From an uncultured delta proteobacterium (GTDB lineage Bacteria; Myxococcota_A; Polyangia; Polyangiales; B10-G4), in assembly GCA_963727445.1 (NCBI GenBank), contig CAVSGI010000021.1, positions 544,001 to 608,000 of the forward strand: a stretch of DNA of 64,000 nt, read 5' to 3'. The position numbers and the translations under genes are program-made. Shown one piece after another: positions 31,407-41,418 of the stretch (positions are counted from its first letter, which is position 1; the number at the start of each line of letters is the position of its first letter). A model generated the notes under the pieces. It searched no databases, was not told the DNA's origin, and saw nothing but the letters and a program-made list of their open reading frames with translations.

Positions 31407-32447
31407 TCAGGAGATGATCTCCCGGAAGGTCACGAGCACCAGGACCCCCAACAGGAAGAGGATCCCGACGGTGTGCACCATCGCCTCGAAGCGCTCGTTG
31501 GGGCGCCGTCGGGTGACGAGCTCGTAGCCGAGGAAGACCAGGCGACCGCCGTCGAGGGCGGGCAAGGGGAGCAGGTTGAAGAACCCGAGGGCGACCGAGA
31601 GGTAGACCAGGATCAACAGAAAGTCGGTCGCCCCGCGTTCGGCGTGCTCCGCGACGATCTTGCCCATGCGGAAGGGGCCGGCCAGGTCCTTGGTGGATCG
31701 TTCGGCGATCATCTGCCCGATGCCGCCGATCTGGAGCATGGTCAGCTCGAAAGGCTTGGTGACGGCGAAGCCCACCGCTTCGGTGATCGGCTTGGCGACG
31801 TAGTTGGTGACCGCGGCGGGCGCGACGCCGATGCGGCCCTCACCCTCTTCGGTACGCGGGGTGATGTCGAGCTCGATGCGCTCGCCGTCGCGGTCGATCA
31901 CGTAGTGCGTGGGCTCGTCCGCGCGAGGGGAGGTCTGTGCCTTGAGCTCTTCGAGGTTGCTGACCGGCTGGCCGTTCGCCTCGACGATGATGTCGCCTTC
32001 GAGGATGCCGGCTTCGGCCGCGGGGCTGTCCTCCTGCACGCGGCCGACGGTCATCGGCTCGATCAGCTCCATCTCTGGCCAGCCCGTGACCGCCACCACG
32101 AAGACCAGCACCGAGGCCGCGATGTAGTTGGCCCCGGGGCCGGCGGCGATGGTGGCGATACGGGCGAAGAGGGACTTGTTCGGGAAGATCTCTGGGTCGT
32201 CCGGATCCACCTCTTCGTGAGGGTTCATCCCGGCGATCTGCACGTAGGCGAGGAAGGGGATGGCGCAGATCTGGAAGGTGGTGGGGCTGTTCTTCGGCTT
32301 GTAGCGGAAGAGCGCCGGACCGAAGCCGATGCTGTAGCGCAGGACGCGCATCTTGAACGCGCGAGCCACGAGGTAGTGCCCGGACTCGTGGACGATCACC
32401 AAGAGGGAGATCCCGAAAATCGCGACGAGGATGTACAGGGGATCCAT
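31407..32447 (-). CDS. rseP: RseP-like M50 intramembrane zinc metalloprotease with PDZ domain
   Basis: HESGH, SIGFGP, AAGPGAN, PDZ (SPAAEAGI..GD), NLLPLPALDGG. Confidence 0.9.
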   Translation of the reverse strand: MDPLYILVAIFGISLLVIVHESGHYLVARAFKMRVLRYSIGFGPALFRYKPKNSPTTFQICAIPFLAYVQIAGMNPHEEVDPDDPEIFPNKSLFARIATIAAGPGANYIAASVLVFVVAVTGWPEMELIEPMTVGRVQEDSPAAEAGILEGDIIVEANGQPVSNLEELKAQTSPRADEPTHYVIDRDGERIELDITPRTEEGEGRIGVAPAAVTNYVAKPITEAVGFAVTKPFELTMLQIGGIGQMIAERSTKDLAGPFRMGKIVAEHAERGATDFLLILVYLSVALGFFNLLPLPALDGGRLVFLGYELVTRRRPNERFEAMVHTVGILFLLGVLVLVTFREIIS

Positions 32448-32550
32448 CCGCTCGGAACAGAGTAACCTCGATCCGGGGCAGGTCGAATCGAAAATCGCGT
32501 CTGTGTGGGGCTCGGAACATCCACCGGGCGCCGGGTGTCGAAATGGAGCT

Positions 32551-34223
32551 ATGCTCCGCTACGTGCGGTTCCGGACGCGGCTCGTCGGCCCATTCGTGGC
32601 GGTCTTCGCGGGCGCGGTGGCACACGCCCAGCCGCGGCAGACCCTGCACGAGTTCGTTCCGGAGGTACGCACGGACGAGGCGGCGCTCCTCTCCACTCCG
32701 GGCGCCGCCGAGCCCGCGGCCATCCTCTATGACGGAGAGCTGATCCCGGCTCCCGAAGATCTCGCCCTCGAAGCGGACGAGCGCCCGATGACCGCCATCG
32801 CGGGGGACGGCGTCGGCCCCGACGAGGTGGGACGGCGCTCGCCGACCTTCCGGCCCGATCGCATGACCTCTCTCGAAGGGACACTCGGCTACTACAGCGT
32901 GTTCTCCCCCACCATCGCGCCCTTCAAGCGCGTCACCGCCCTCGACGGGGTGGTCATGGACGAGGGCGTGCCCGTGCTCGCGGTCTACGACGAGACCCAC
33001 CGCCCGGTGCAGGTGCTGACCCACGACGCGCCTCCGCCCGACGACAGGCCGCGCGACCGCTTCTGGGGCAGTGTGGTCCTCGACTTCACGAACGGGCGCG
33101 AGGTGCCCCTGCCTTCGGTGTCGCCGGAGTCGCGGATCCTCACGCTCCGCACGCATCCCTACACCGAGCTCGAGAATCCGCAAGGACGCCGCCGACAACT
33201 TCTTCGCCTTCGCGCCGCGCGAGCTGTCGTCGAACCAGGTCCGTGTCACCTTCCTCACCGACGCGCCCCGCGAGTACTTCAATGCGGAGGTGCTCCCCGA
33301 GGTCCGCGCGGACTTCTACGCCGACCAGGCGCGTCCGCTACCGAGGGAGCTCGCCGAGCGGGCGGAGGGCTTCGCCCGGGAGCTCGGTCTCGAATCGGAG
33401 CTCGAGCGTGGCTGAGGCCGTCCGCACCCTCACCCGTCACTTCCGCGAGTTCGAGGAGTCCGACGAGCCGCCCGAGGACACCGGCGACATCTACCTCGAC
33501 CTCAGCCGCGGCCAGCGGGGGATCTGTCGTCATCGCGCCTACGCCTTCGTGATCACCGCGCTCGCCCTCGGCATTCCGGCGCGCTTCGTGATGAACGAGG
33601 CCCATGCATGGGTCGAGGTTCGGATGCGTGACGTCGGCTGGATGCGCATCGACCTCGGGGGCGCGGCGAACGGCCTCGAGGCGCAGAACGCGGACGATCG
33701 TCCGGTCTATCGCCCCGCTTTCAGCGATCCGCTGCCGCGCCCGGAGGTCTACGAAGCGAGCTACTCGCAGCTCGCGCCGGGCCAGGTGTCGGGGATCCGG
33801 CCGAACGGCGCAGGTCCGGGAGGCGGCAACGCCGCGGGCGCGGGGCAGGGCCCTGCGAGCGGCGGAAGCGGCGGCGAGGCGAGCAGCGAGACCGCTACCA
33901 CGACCTACACCAGCGTGACCGCGAGCGATCGCGCGCGGCTGGTCCTGTCGGTGGATCGGAGCGAGTACCAGGTCTTCCGCGGGCGGGGCTTCGACGTGAG
34001 CGGGCGTGCGACCGGCGGCAGCGGCGATCCGGCGGCGGGGCTGCGGGTCGAGGTGCTGCTCCACAGCTCCGACGAGCAGTTCCTCCTGGGCGTCACCGTC
34101 ACGCGCGCCGACGGGTACTATACCGGCCACTTCGGCATCCCACCGGACATCTCGGTGGGCGAGTACGAGCTCATCGTCCGCTCGCCCGGCGACGAGCAGT
34201 ACCTGGCGGCCACCGCGCGCTGA
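32551..34223 (+). CDS. Secreted transglutaminase-like domain protein (frameshifts near 33175 and 33405)
   Basis: Joins three ORF frames. Cys-His-Asp motifs GICRHRA, NEAHAWVEV, WMRIDLGG, then a C-terminal beta-sandwich. Confidence 0.8.
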
Positions 34224-34232
34224 GGCCGCGGC

Positions 34233-34902
34233 TCAGGAGCCGCAGTAGAACGCGTCGTGGCCGAGCGGCATGTAGGTGAAGGTCAGCCGGAAGTCGTAGA
34301 CCATGGTGGTGTTGCCGCAGGCGTCCACGACGTCGAGCCGGGTGAGGAACGCGTTCGTGATGTCCGTGCCCGTCGGATCGTCGAGCTCCGCGCTGGCGTC
34401 GATCACCAGGACTCCGTCCTGGATCACCGCGTCGATGGTGAAGGGCGTGAACATCCCGGTGCTCGTCCGAAAGACGCTCATGTAGAGCGTGGCGGAGGCC
34501 GGCTCGGCGGTGCCGGGACGCGGATAGACATGAAACGTCTTCTCCGCGTCGTCGAAGGTGCAAAGCGTGAGAATCGATGGAGGCGCAAGCCGTGATGCCG
34601 GGGGCCGGACACTCGGTGCAGCTCCCCGTCGAGCGATCGAGCCACGTGCCTACGGCGCATGAGACGGGGGCGTCTGGCGTGGCATCCGCCACGCCTCCGT
34701 CCGCCGCCGTGCCCACATCTTCGGCGCTGTCAGCGACCGGCGCGTCGGCGATGGCATCGGCGGCCGCGTCGACGGCCGAATCGGCGGGCGTGGAGTCGAT
34801 GCCGCCGTCCGACGGGGACCCGAACGCGTCGTAGCCCAACCGCCCGCATCCACTCGCGAGGAGCGCGACGAGGCAGAGACGGCGGAGAAGGCCACTACGC
34901 AC
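34233..34902 (-). CDS. Acidic lipoprotein, frameshifted near 34480-34570
   Basis: LASGCGRLGYD lipobox and DA-rich linker; the C-terminal part is in ORF 34233-34481. Confidence 0.55.
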
Positions 34903-35770
34903 GCTCCGACCCTACCATGCCGGCCAGGACGTCGGCCCCGTTGGCCGCCATGTCGTAGGAGCGCCCGGCGGCGACGCGGGCCGCCGGTAGATCGATGGTT
35001 CGCGGGACGGGCCGGAGCCGGGACCGCTTGCTCACGCCCAGCCAGCGCGTCTCCCAGAAGAGGTTGTAGCCCGCTGCGCCGACGATCACGTCGGCAGCGC
35101 TGAAGCGCGTGGCGGCGGGGAAGGGCGCGCTGGGATCGAAGAGGTCGGAGGTGATGACCTCGTGGGTGTCGCCGAAGCGCGCTTCCGCCTCGCGTGTGAG
35201 CACAGGGGCTTCGCCGTCGAGCCCCGCGTGGACGACGAGCGCGAGGGGGCGCTCAGAGGACGCGCCCAGATCGGTCCGCGCCGTCGCCGGCGGCAGGAGC
35301 TCGTCGGGATTGGCGATCACGATGGGCGGGATCTCCTCACGCACCGCGAAGGGCAGCCCGGGCTCGATGCCGATCACCCGCTCGAAGAGCGCCGGCTCGA
35401 AAGGCACGCCGGGCGGACCGCGCAGCCAGGCGGGGGGCGCTTGACGCAAGAGCAGCCACGCCGGCACGTCGAGAGAGGGAAGAAGAAAGCGAAGCGGCGC
35501 CCAGAACAGGTCGACCAGCAGGAGGTCGACGTCCATGGCGCCGAGCGTCCGCGCGAGCGCGCTCCGAGGTGCGCGCGCCTCGTCAGCGAGCGCTCGGGGA
35601 TCGGCCTCGATCTCGATCGCCTGCGGTACCAGGCGGGTGAAGGGGCCGCGGGGAGACAGCACGACCAGCTCGGCGTCAGCGCCGAGGCGGGACAGGCCCC
35701 GCGCGATCGCGAGGGCGCGCACCAGGTGCCCGGCGCCGTGCGTCCCACCGGTGAAGTAGGCGACGCGCAC
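34895..35770 (-). CDS. GT-B glycosyltransferase-like protein
   Basis: GAGHLVRALAIA N-terminus and ADVIVGAAGYNLFWE C-terminal motif. Confidence 0.65.
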   Translation of the reverse strand: MRVAYFTGGTHGAGHLVRALAIARGLSRLGADAELVVLSPRGPFTRLVPQAIEIEADPRALADEARAPRSALARTLGAMDVDLLLVDLFWAPLRFLLPSLDVPAWLLLRQAPPAWLRGPPGVPFEPALFERVIGIEPGLPFAVREEIPPIVIANPDELLPPATARTDLGASSERPLALVVHAGLDGEAPVLTREAEARFGDTHEVITSDLFDPSAPFPAATRFSAADVIVGAAGYNLFWETRWLGVSKRSRLRPVPRTIDLPAARVAAGRSYDMAANGADVLAGMVGSERA

Positions 35771-35787
35771 GGAGCTCCGGGCTGCGC

Positions 35788-37209
35788 TCAGCCCTCACCC
35801 TTTTCGCGCGCGGCCTTCGCCGCCTGCATCCGCGCGCGCAAGCGTGACGCGTAGCCTTCCTTGTTCTGCTGCTTGGCGCGCCCCACCGCGAGCGCGTCGG
35901 CCGGGACGTCACGGGTGACGGTGGTGCCGGTGGCGACGTAGGCGCCTTCACCGACCGTGACCGGCGCGACCAGCTGGCTGTCGCTTCCGATGAACGCGCC
36001 GTCTTCGAGGGTCGTCACGTGCTTCTGCACGCCGTCGTAGTTGCAGAAGATGGTGCCGGCGCCGACGTTGACGCCGTCTCCGATGACCCCGTCGCCCAGG
36101 TAGGCGAGGTGATTCGCCTTGCTGCCGCGTCCCATCGTCGTCTTCTTCATCTCGACGAAGTTGCCGATTCGGGCATCGGGACCGAGCACGCTCAGCGGAC
36201 GCAGATGGCTGAAGGGCCCGGTCTGAGCGCCCTCGCCGATCTCGCTCTCGGCTCCGACGGTGTAGGGCTTGAGCCAGGCGCCTGGCGCCACCTTCACGTC
36301 CGTGAGCACGCAGCCCACGTCGATCACGGAGCCCTCGCCGATGGTGGTTCGCCCGCGGAGCACAACGCCTGGCTCGAGGGTGACGTCGTGACCCACCTCG
36401 CAGTCGCCGCCGACCCAGGTCGTCCGCGGGTCGCGAATGGTCACGCCGGAGCGGGCGAGGCCCTCGAGGATCCGCTCCCGCATGGCGTCGTCGGCCTGGG
36501 CCAGCTGCCAGCGGTCGTTGATCCCGTTCAGGTCCGTGATGTCCCACCGGACGTCGCCCACCCCGCCGTCGCCCGCGGCCATCGCCACCAGATCCGTCAG
36601 GTAGAGCTCGCCCTGGTCGTTGTCCGCCTCGAGGCGCGAGAGGCTCTCGCGGAGGAAGCCTGCGTCCATCGCGTAGATGCCCGGGTTCATCTCGTCGATG
36701 GCGCGCTCGATCTCCGTGCAGTCGCGATGCTCGCGAATGCCCACGACGCGTCCCGCGTCGTCGCGCAGGATGCGCCCGTAGCCGGTCGGGTCCTCGATCT
36801 TCGCCGTGACCAACGCGAGGAGATGCTCGCCGCGCACCGCGACCAGCGCCTCGATCGCGGCGGCGGGCAGGAGCGGTACGTCGCCATAGATGATGACCAC
36901 CGTGCCCTCGTAGCCCTCGAGCGCCGGGAGCGCGCAGCGGACGGCGTGGCCAGTGCCCCTCTGCTCTTCTTGCACCGCCTCCCGGACGTCCGGGTCGCGT
37001 TCGCGGATCGACTTCATCACGGCCTGTCGCCCGTGACCGACCACGACAACCACGTCCTCGGCGCCGGCTTCGCGCGCCGCGGCGATCGGCCACGACACCA
37101 TCGGCCGCCCCGCCACCTGGTGCAGCACCTTCGGCAGCGCGCTCTTCATCCGCGTGCCCTGGCCCGCCGCCAGGACGACGGCGACGAACCTCTCCTTCCG
37201 TGAGGTCAT
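35788..37209 (-). CDS. glmU: Bifunctional UDP-GlcNAc pyrophosphorylase/glucosamine-1-phosphate acetyltransferase
   Basis: LAAGQGTRMKS..PKVLH, GTGHAV, ELYLTD, hexapeptide repeats, GNFVEMK, NYDG. Confidence 0.97.
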   Translation of the reverse strand: MTSRKERFVAVVLAAGQGTRMKSALPKVLHQVAGRPMVSWPIAAAREAGAEDVVVVVGHGRQAVMKSIRERDPDVREAVQEEQRGTGHAVRCALPALEGYEGTVVIIYGDVPLLPAAAIEALVAVRGEHLLALVTAKIEDPTGYGRILRDDAGRVVGIREHRDCTEIERAIDEMNPGIYAMDAGFLRESLSRLEADNDQGELYLTDLVAMAAGDGGVGDVRWDITDLNGINDRWQLAQADDAMRERILEGLARSGVTIRDPRTTWVGGDCEVGHDVTLEPGVVLRGRTTIGEGSVIDVGCVLTDVKVAPGAWLKPYTVGAESEIGEGAQTGPFSHLRPLSVLGPDARIGNFVEMKKTTMGRGSKANHLAYLGDGVIGDGVNVGAGTIFCNYDGVQKHVTTLEDGAFIGSDSQLVAPVTVGEGAYVATGTTVTRDVPADALAVGRAKQQNKEGYASRLRARMQAAKAAREKGEG

Positions 37210-38357
37210 GGCGCCTCCTCCGACTGGGTGAGATGCGCGGCCACCTTCGCCAGCGCGGGTAGATCGTGCACGTCCTCTTCGAAAGCCGGGACCTCGACGC
37301 AGAACGCCCGGCCCAGCGCGTTGTGCATCCGGTCGGCCTGGATCCGGTCCGCCACGGCCAGGACGCGCGAGTCGTCGAGGGCTCGCCGCAGGTGGCGGGT
37401 GAGCTTCTTGGCGGCGTCCGGCGCTTCTCCGGTGGCCTCGGCGACGACGTCTATCAGCTCGGCGCTCTTCAGAGGCGGTTCCTTGAGCAGGGGGTGCACG
37501 CCGTTGATCACGATGCCCTCCGCCGCCATCTGGTACTTGTGCAGGCGCTCGTGGAAGAAGAGCGCCTCGTCCACCGCCAGGGGGCTGGTGCTGGTGACGA
37601 TCACGAAGGAGACGTCGTCGCCCTTGAGGCTCTGCGCCACCTCTTCGGCCCGCTGACGGAATCCGCCGAAGAGGTCGTTCAGATCGGTGACGAACTCTGC
37701 GATCGAGTCGAGGAACTCGGCACCGGTGAAGCGGGACAGCCCTTTGAGAACCAGCGCCGCGCCCTTGCCCACCAGGTTGAGGGAGAGCTTGCCGGTGCTG
37801 GTGAAGGCTTCGATGAACCAGCGCATCGCCGGCGAGTCCACGAGGCCCACCATCTTCGCCGGTGCGTCGAGGAAGTCGAGAGCGTTCGAGGTCGGTGGCG
37901 TGTCGAGAACGATCAGGTCCCACTGTCCGCGCTCGCGCACGGCGTGGAGCTTCTCCATCGCCATGTACTCGCTCGTACCGGCGAGGGAAGTGGAGACGTA
38001 CTCGTAGATCTTGTTGGCGAGGATCCGGTCGCGCGCCTCGTCGCTCGACGCATAACGCATCACCAGCTCGTCGAAGGTGCGTTTGGTGTCGAGCATCATC
38101 GCGGACAGTGATCCGCGCAGCTCGAGCCCGTGCTCTTCGAACAGAGACGCCGAGATGTCCTGCTCGTCGGCGTTCATCTCGGACAGACCCAGGCTGTTCG
38201 CGAGGCGACGCGCCGGATCGATGGTCAGGCACAGGACGCGCTTGCCGCTCATCGCCGCGTGGACGGCCAGCGCTGCCGCGGTGGTCGTCTTGCCCACGCC
38301 GCCAGCGCCGACACAGACGACGACTCTGCTCCTGCCCAAGACTTCCGCGAGCGACAC
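37206..38357 (-). CDS. ArsA/Get3-family ATPase
   Basis: GAGGVGKTT, TIDPARRLA, VLDTPP. Overlaps the glmU start by 4 bp (ATGA). Confidence 0.9.
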   Translation of the reverse strand: MSLAEVLGRSRVVVCVGAGGVGKTTTAAALAVHAAMSGKRVLCLTIDPARRLANSLGLSEMNADEQDISASLFEEHGLELRGSLSAMMLDTKRTFDELVMRYASSDEARDRILANKIYEYVSTSLAGTSEYMAMEKLHAVRERGQWDLIVLDTPPTSNALDFLDAPAKMVGLVDSPAMRWFIEAFTSTGKLSLNLVGKGAALVLKGLSRFTGAEFLDSIAEFVTDLNDLFGGFRQRAEEVAQSLKGDDVSFVIVTSTSPLAVDEALFFHERLHKYQMAAEGIVINGVHPLLKEPPLKSAELIDVVAEATGEAPDAAKKLTRHLRRALDDSRVLAVADRIQADRMHNALGRAFCVEVPAFEEDVHDLPALAKVAAHLTQSEEAP

Positions 38358-38641
38358 GGGCGGGACTCTAAATGAACGACCACGATTGTGGGACGGAGGA
38401 TCGCGAAGGATGCGGCGTCGCTCGGAGGGAGGGCCGACGAAGGACCGCCGATCGGCCGCTCGAGGAGACCCGACGCGGCGAGCGGCGTCGCAGACGAGCG
38501 AGGAACGTTCCAGAATCGTGGTCCTTCATTTGGCTTGGTGGGCTCCCAGGTCCAGAGGGCAGGTGCCGCTGCTTTTTTGACCCGAAGCAAAAGGGAAAAG
38601 TAGGGTGTCTATCCCACATCTGAGCACATCGGGGTACACGC

Positions 38642-39016
38642 ATGACTTGGCTTCTCGAGGACCGCCGCGGCCGCCGCAGCAACAATCGTTACGTCGCTCT
38701 CCGCTACCAGCTGGAGCACACCCGGGAGAAGGGGGGGCTCGAGGCCCTGGTCCTCGCAGACGACGACGGCCTGGTGGTCGCCTCTTCCGGGGACGCGGCC
38801 GTCTGCGCCGAGCTCGGCGCGGTGGCCCCCCTCATCGGCTCGACCCTCATGGGCATGCCCATGCCTCCGCTCTTGCGGGGCGCCGAGGTGGCCATCCGGC
38901 AGGTGGCGGTCTACGGCCAGAACCTCTACCTCGCCGCCGTGGGTGGAGGTGTGGCCCGCGACGCCCACCTGTCGACCTCGCAGAACGGCGTCGAGCGAAT
39001 TCTCGCCTGCAACTGA
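38642..39016 (+). CDS. Roadblock/LC7 (MglB-like) domain protein
   Basis: 124 aa; LEALVLADDDGLVVASSG..AELGAVAP pattern. Confidence 0.7.
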   Translation: MTWLLEDRRGRRSNNRYVALRYQLEHTREKGGLEALVLADDDGLVVASSGDAAVCAELGAVAPLIGSTLMGMPMPPLLRGAEVAIRQVAVYGQNLYLAAVGGGVARDAHLSTSQNGVERILACN

Positions 39017-39038
39017 GACAGGGCGGCCTTTCGGCCGC

Positions 39039-40052
39039 TCAGCTCCACTTGCCGTAGTTGCCGCTGCCGCCGCCGTTGCCCTGCTTCTGCGCGCGCTCCA
39101 CGGCGGCGATGGCGTCGCGGATGAGATCGGCGGCGCCCTTGTTCAGCAGTCCCTCGGCGATCTCGGTGCCCACCTCGCGCGCGACCCCGCGACGCGCCTC
39201 GCCGCGCTCTGACAGATAGCGGTCCCCTGCGCCCGAGAGGATCTTCATCCCGTCGAGGGAGCCGACCATCCCGTGCATCGTGAGGCGGGCGCCGCCGTCG
39301 CGGAGCTCGGCGTGGCCGGCGATCGGTACCTTGCAGCTGCCCTCCAGCTTCGAGAGGAACGCGCGCTCCGCCTCCACTTCGATGCGGGTCTTTTCGTCTT
39401 CGAGATGGGCGAGGAGCGAAAGGGTGCGTTCGTCGTCGAGGCGCGCCTCGATGCCGAGGGCGCCCTGGCCCACCGCCGGGATGCAGATCTCCGGCGAGAT
39501 CACCCAGTGCGCGCGCTGCTTGTCGAAACCGAGGCGCCTCAGGCCCGCGGCGGCCAGCACGATCGCGTCGTAACCCCCCTCGTCGAGCTTGCGCAGCCGG
39601 GTGTTCACGTTGCCGCGGAGGGTCGCGAAGGCGAGGTCGGGGCGATGCGCCTTGAGCTGCGAGCTCCGCCGGAGCGAGCTGGTACCCACCTTCGCGCCCG
39701 CTTCGAGGGCGTCGATATCGATGCCCTCTGCCGTGACCAGCACGTCGCGCGAGTCCTCGCGCACGGGAACGCAGACGATGCCCAGACCCTCGGCGAGATC
39801 GCTCGGGACGTCCTTCATCGAGTGAACGGCGATGTCCGCGCGTCCGTCGACGATGCAAGCCTCCACCTCGCTCACGAAGAGGCCCTTGCCGCCGATGTTC
39901 ATCAGGGGCTTGTCGAGGATCTTGTCACCCTGGGTGACGACGGCGACCTCCTCGATCTCGACGTCGGGGTGCTTTTCGCGGATCCGAGCCGCCACCCAAC
40001 GCGCCTGTGCGAGCGCCAGCTCGCTCTTCCGTGTCGCGATCCGAAGCTTCAA
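39039..40052 (-). CDS. hemC: Hydroxymethylbilane synthase (porphobilinogen deaminase)
   Basis: IATRKSELALAQ, GKGLF, VHSMKD, GTSSLRR, RGNVNTRL, LEGSC. TTG start. Confidence 0.97.
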   Translation of the reverse strand: MKLRIATRKSELALAQARWVAARIREKHPDVEIEEVAVVTQGDKILDKPLMNIGGKGLFVSEVEACIVDGRADIAVHSMKDVPSDLAEGLGIVCVPVREDSRDVLVTAEGIDIDALEAGAKVGTSSLRRSSQLKAHRPDLAFATLRGNVNTRLRKLDEGGYDAIVLAAAGLRRLGFDKQRAHWVISPEICIPAVGQGALGIEARLDDERTLSLLAHLEDEKTRIEVEAERAFLSKLEGSCKVPIAGHAELRDGGARLTMHGMVGSLDGMKILSGAGDRYLSERGEARRGVAREVGTEIAEGLLNKGAADLIRDAIAAVERAQKQGNGGGSGNYGKWS

Positions 40053-40098
40053 CGGTTTTCTCCTCTTCCGCCGGATCCCGCCGGGGCGAGCTCGGCGA

Positions 40099-41418
40099 TC
40101 ACCACTTCTTCCAGCCGCTCTTTCGCCTGCTCCTTCGGCTTCGCCGGGGAAGCGATCGGCGCTCTTCGAGATCGAAGAGGCGGCGCGTGGCTGCGATGAG
40201 CGCGGCCGCTTCCGCGTCCTCACCGCTCGCCTTGAGCTCGTTGATCGGCCGATGAAGGAGCTTGTTCACCATGGCGTTCACCATGGCGTCGAGCGTCTTT
40301 CTGTCCTTGTCCGAAACTTCGAGGCGCGGGACGGTCCGCTCGAGCTCGGCCTGGGCGATCATCAGGAAGCGCTCGCGGAGCTCCTTGATGGTGGGCCCGA
40401 GGGCCAGGGATCGGCGCCACTGCTCGAAGCTCTCGGTCTCCTGGCGGACGATGGCCTCCGCCTGGTCGGCGGCGCGTTTGCGAGCGGCGAGGTTCATCCC
40501 GGCCACTTCTTGAAGGTCGTCCACGTCGTAGAGGAAGACGTTGTCGATCTCGCCGGCGCGCGGGTCGACGTCGCGCGGTACAGCGATGTCGATCAGGAAG
40601 AGCGGGCGGTGCCGGCGGGCGCGTAGCACGTCGCGCATCAGGTCGCGGGTGATCACGAAGCGCGGGCTCGCGGTCGAGGTGATGACCACGTCGGCCTTGG
40701 CCAGCTCGGTCGGGAGCTGTTCGTAGGGAGCGGCGTTGACTCCGAGGCTCGCGGCCAGCTCCTGGGCGCGCTCCGGGCTTCGGTTCACGACCACCAGTTG
40801 GACGCCGCGGCTCACCAGGCTCTTCGCCGCTGCCTCGCCCATCTCTCCGGCGCCGAGGAGCATGGCGCGGCGGCCCGAGAGCTCGCCGAAGATCTTGCTC
40901 GCCAGCTCGATGGCCACCGAGCTGATGCTGACCGTGCCGGCCGCGATGTCGGTCTCGGTGCGGACGCGCTTTGCGACGGCGAAGGCGCGGGAGAAGCAGC
41001 GCCCGAGCAGGGTCCCGAGCCCGCCCGCGTTTTCGCTCGCCTGATAGGCGTCCTTCACCTGGCCGAGGATCTGCGGCTCGCCCACCACCATCGAGTCGAG
41101 GGAGGAGGCGACCCGGAACGCGTGGCGGACGGCTTCTTCTCCGTGGCGCTCGTAGAGATAGGCGTGGAGATCCTGGTTGCCGGCGCGCGTCCCGAGGTAG
41201 GCGCGGACCTGGCGTGCGGCGGTGCCCGCGTCCGGGGCGGCTGCGTAGAGCTCGACGCGGTTGCAGGTCGACAGGAGCACGCCTTCGCGCAGGGTCCCCG
41301 CTTCGATCAGTGAGCGCACCTCTTCGGCCGCCGCCTCGGTCGCCACCGAGAGCTGCTCGCGCACCTCGAGAGGAGTGCCGTGATGCGACAGGCCGATGAC
41401 GAAGATCTCGTCGCTCAT
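40099..41418 (-). CDS. hemA: Glutamyl-tRNA reductase
   Basis: STCNRVELY, LDSMVVGEPQILGQVK, GAGEMG, DIAVPRD. Confidence 0.97.
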   Translation of the reverse strand: MSDEIFVIGLSHHGTPLEVREQLSVATEAAAEEVRSLIEAGTLREGVLLSTCNRVELYAAAPDAGTAARQVRAYLGTRAGNQDLHAYLYERHGEEAVRHAFRVASSLDSMVVGEPQILGQVKDAYQASENAGGLGTLLGRCFSRAFAVAKRVRTETDIAAGTVSISSVAIELASKIFGELSGRRAMLLGAGEMGEAAAKSLVSRGVQLVVVNRSPERAQELAASLGVNAAPYEQLPTELAKADVVITSTASPRFVITRDLMRDVLRARRHRPLFLIDIAVPRDVDPRAGEIDNVFLYDVDDLQEVAGMNLAARKRAADQAEAIVRQETESFEQWRRSLALGPTIKELRERFLMIAQAELERTVPRLEVSDKDRKTLDAMVNAMVNKLLHRPINELKASGEDAEAAALIAATRRLFDLEERRSLPRRSRRSRRKSGWKKW

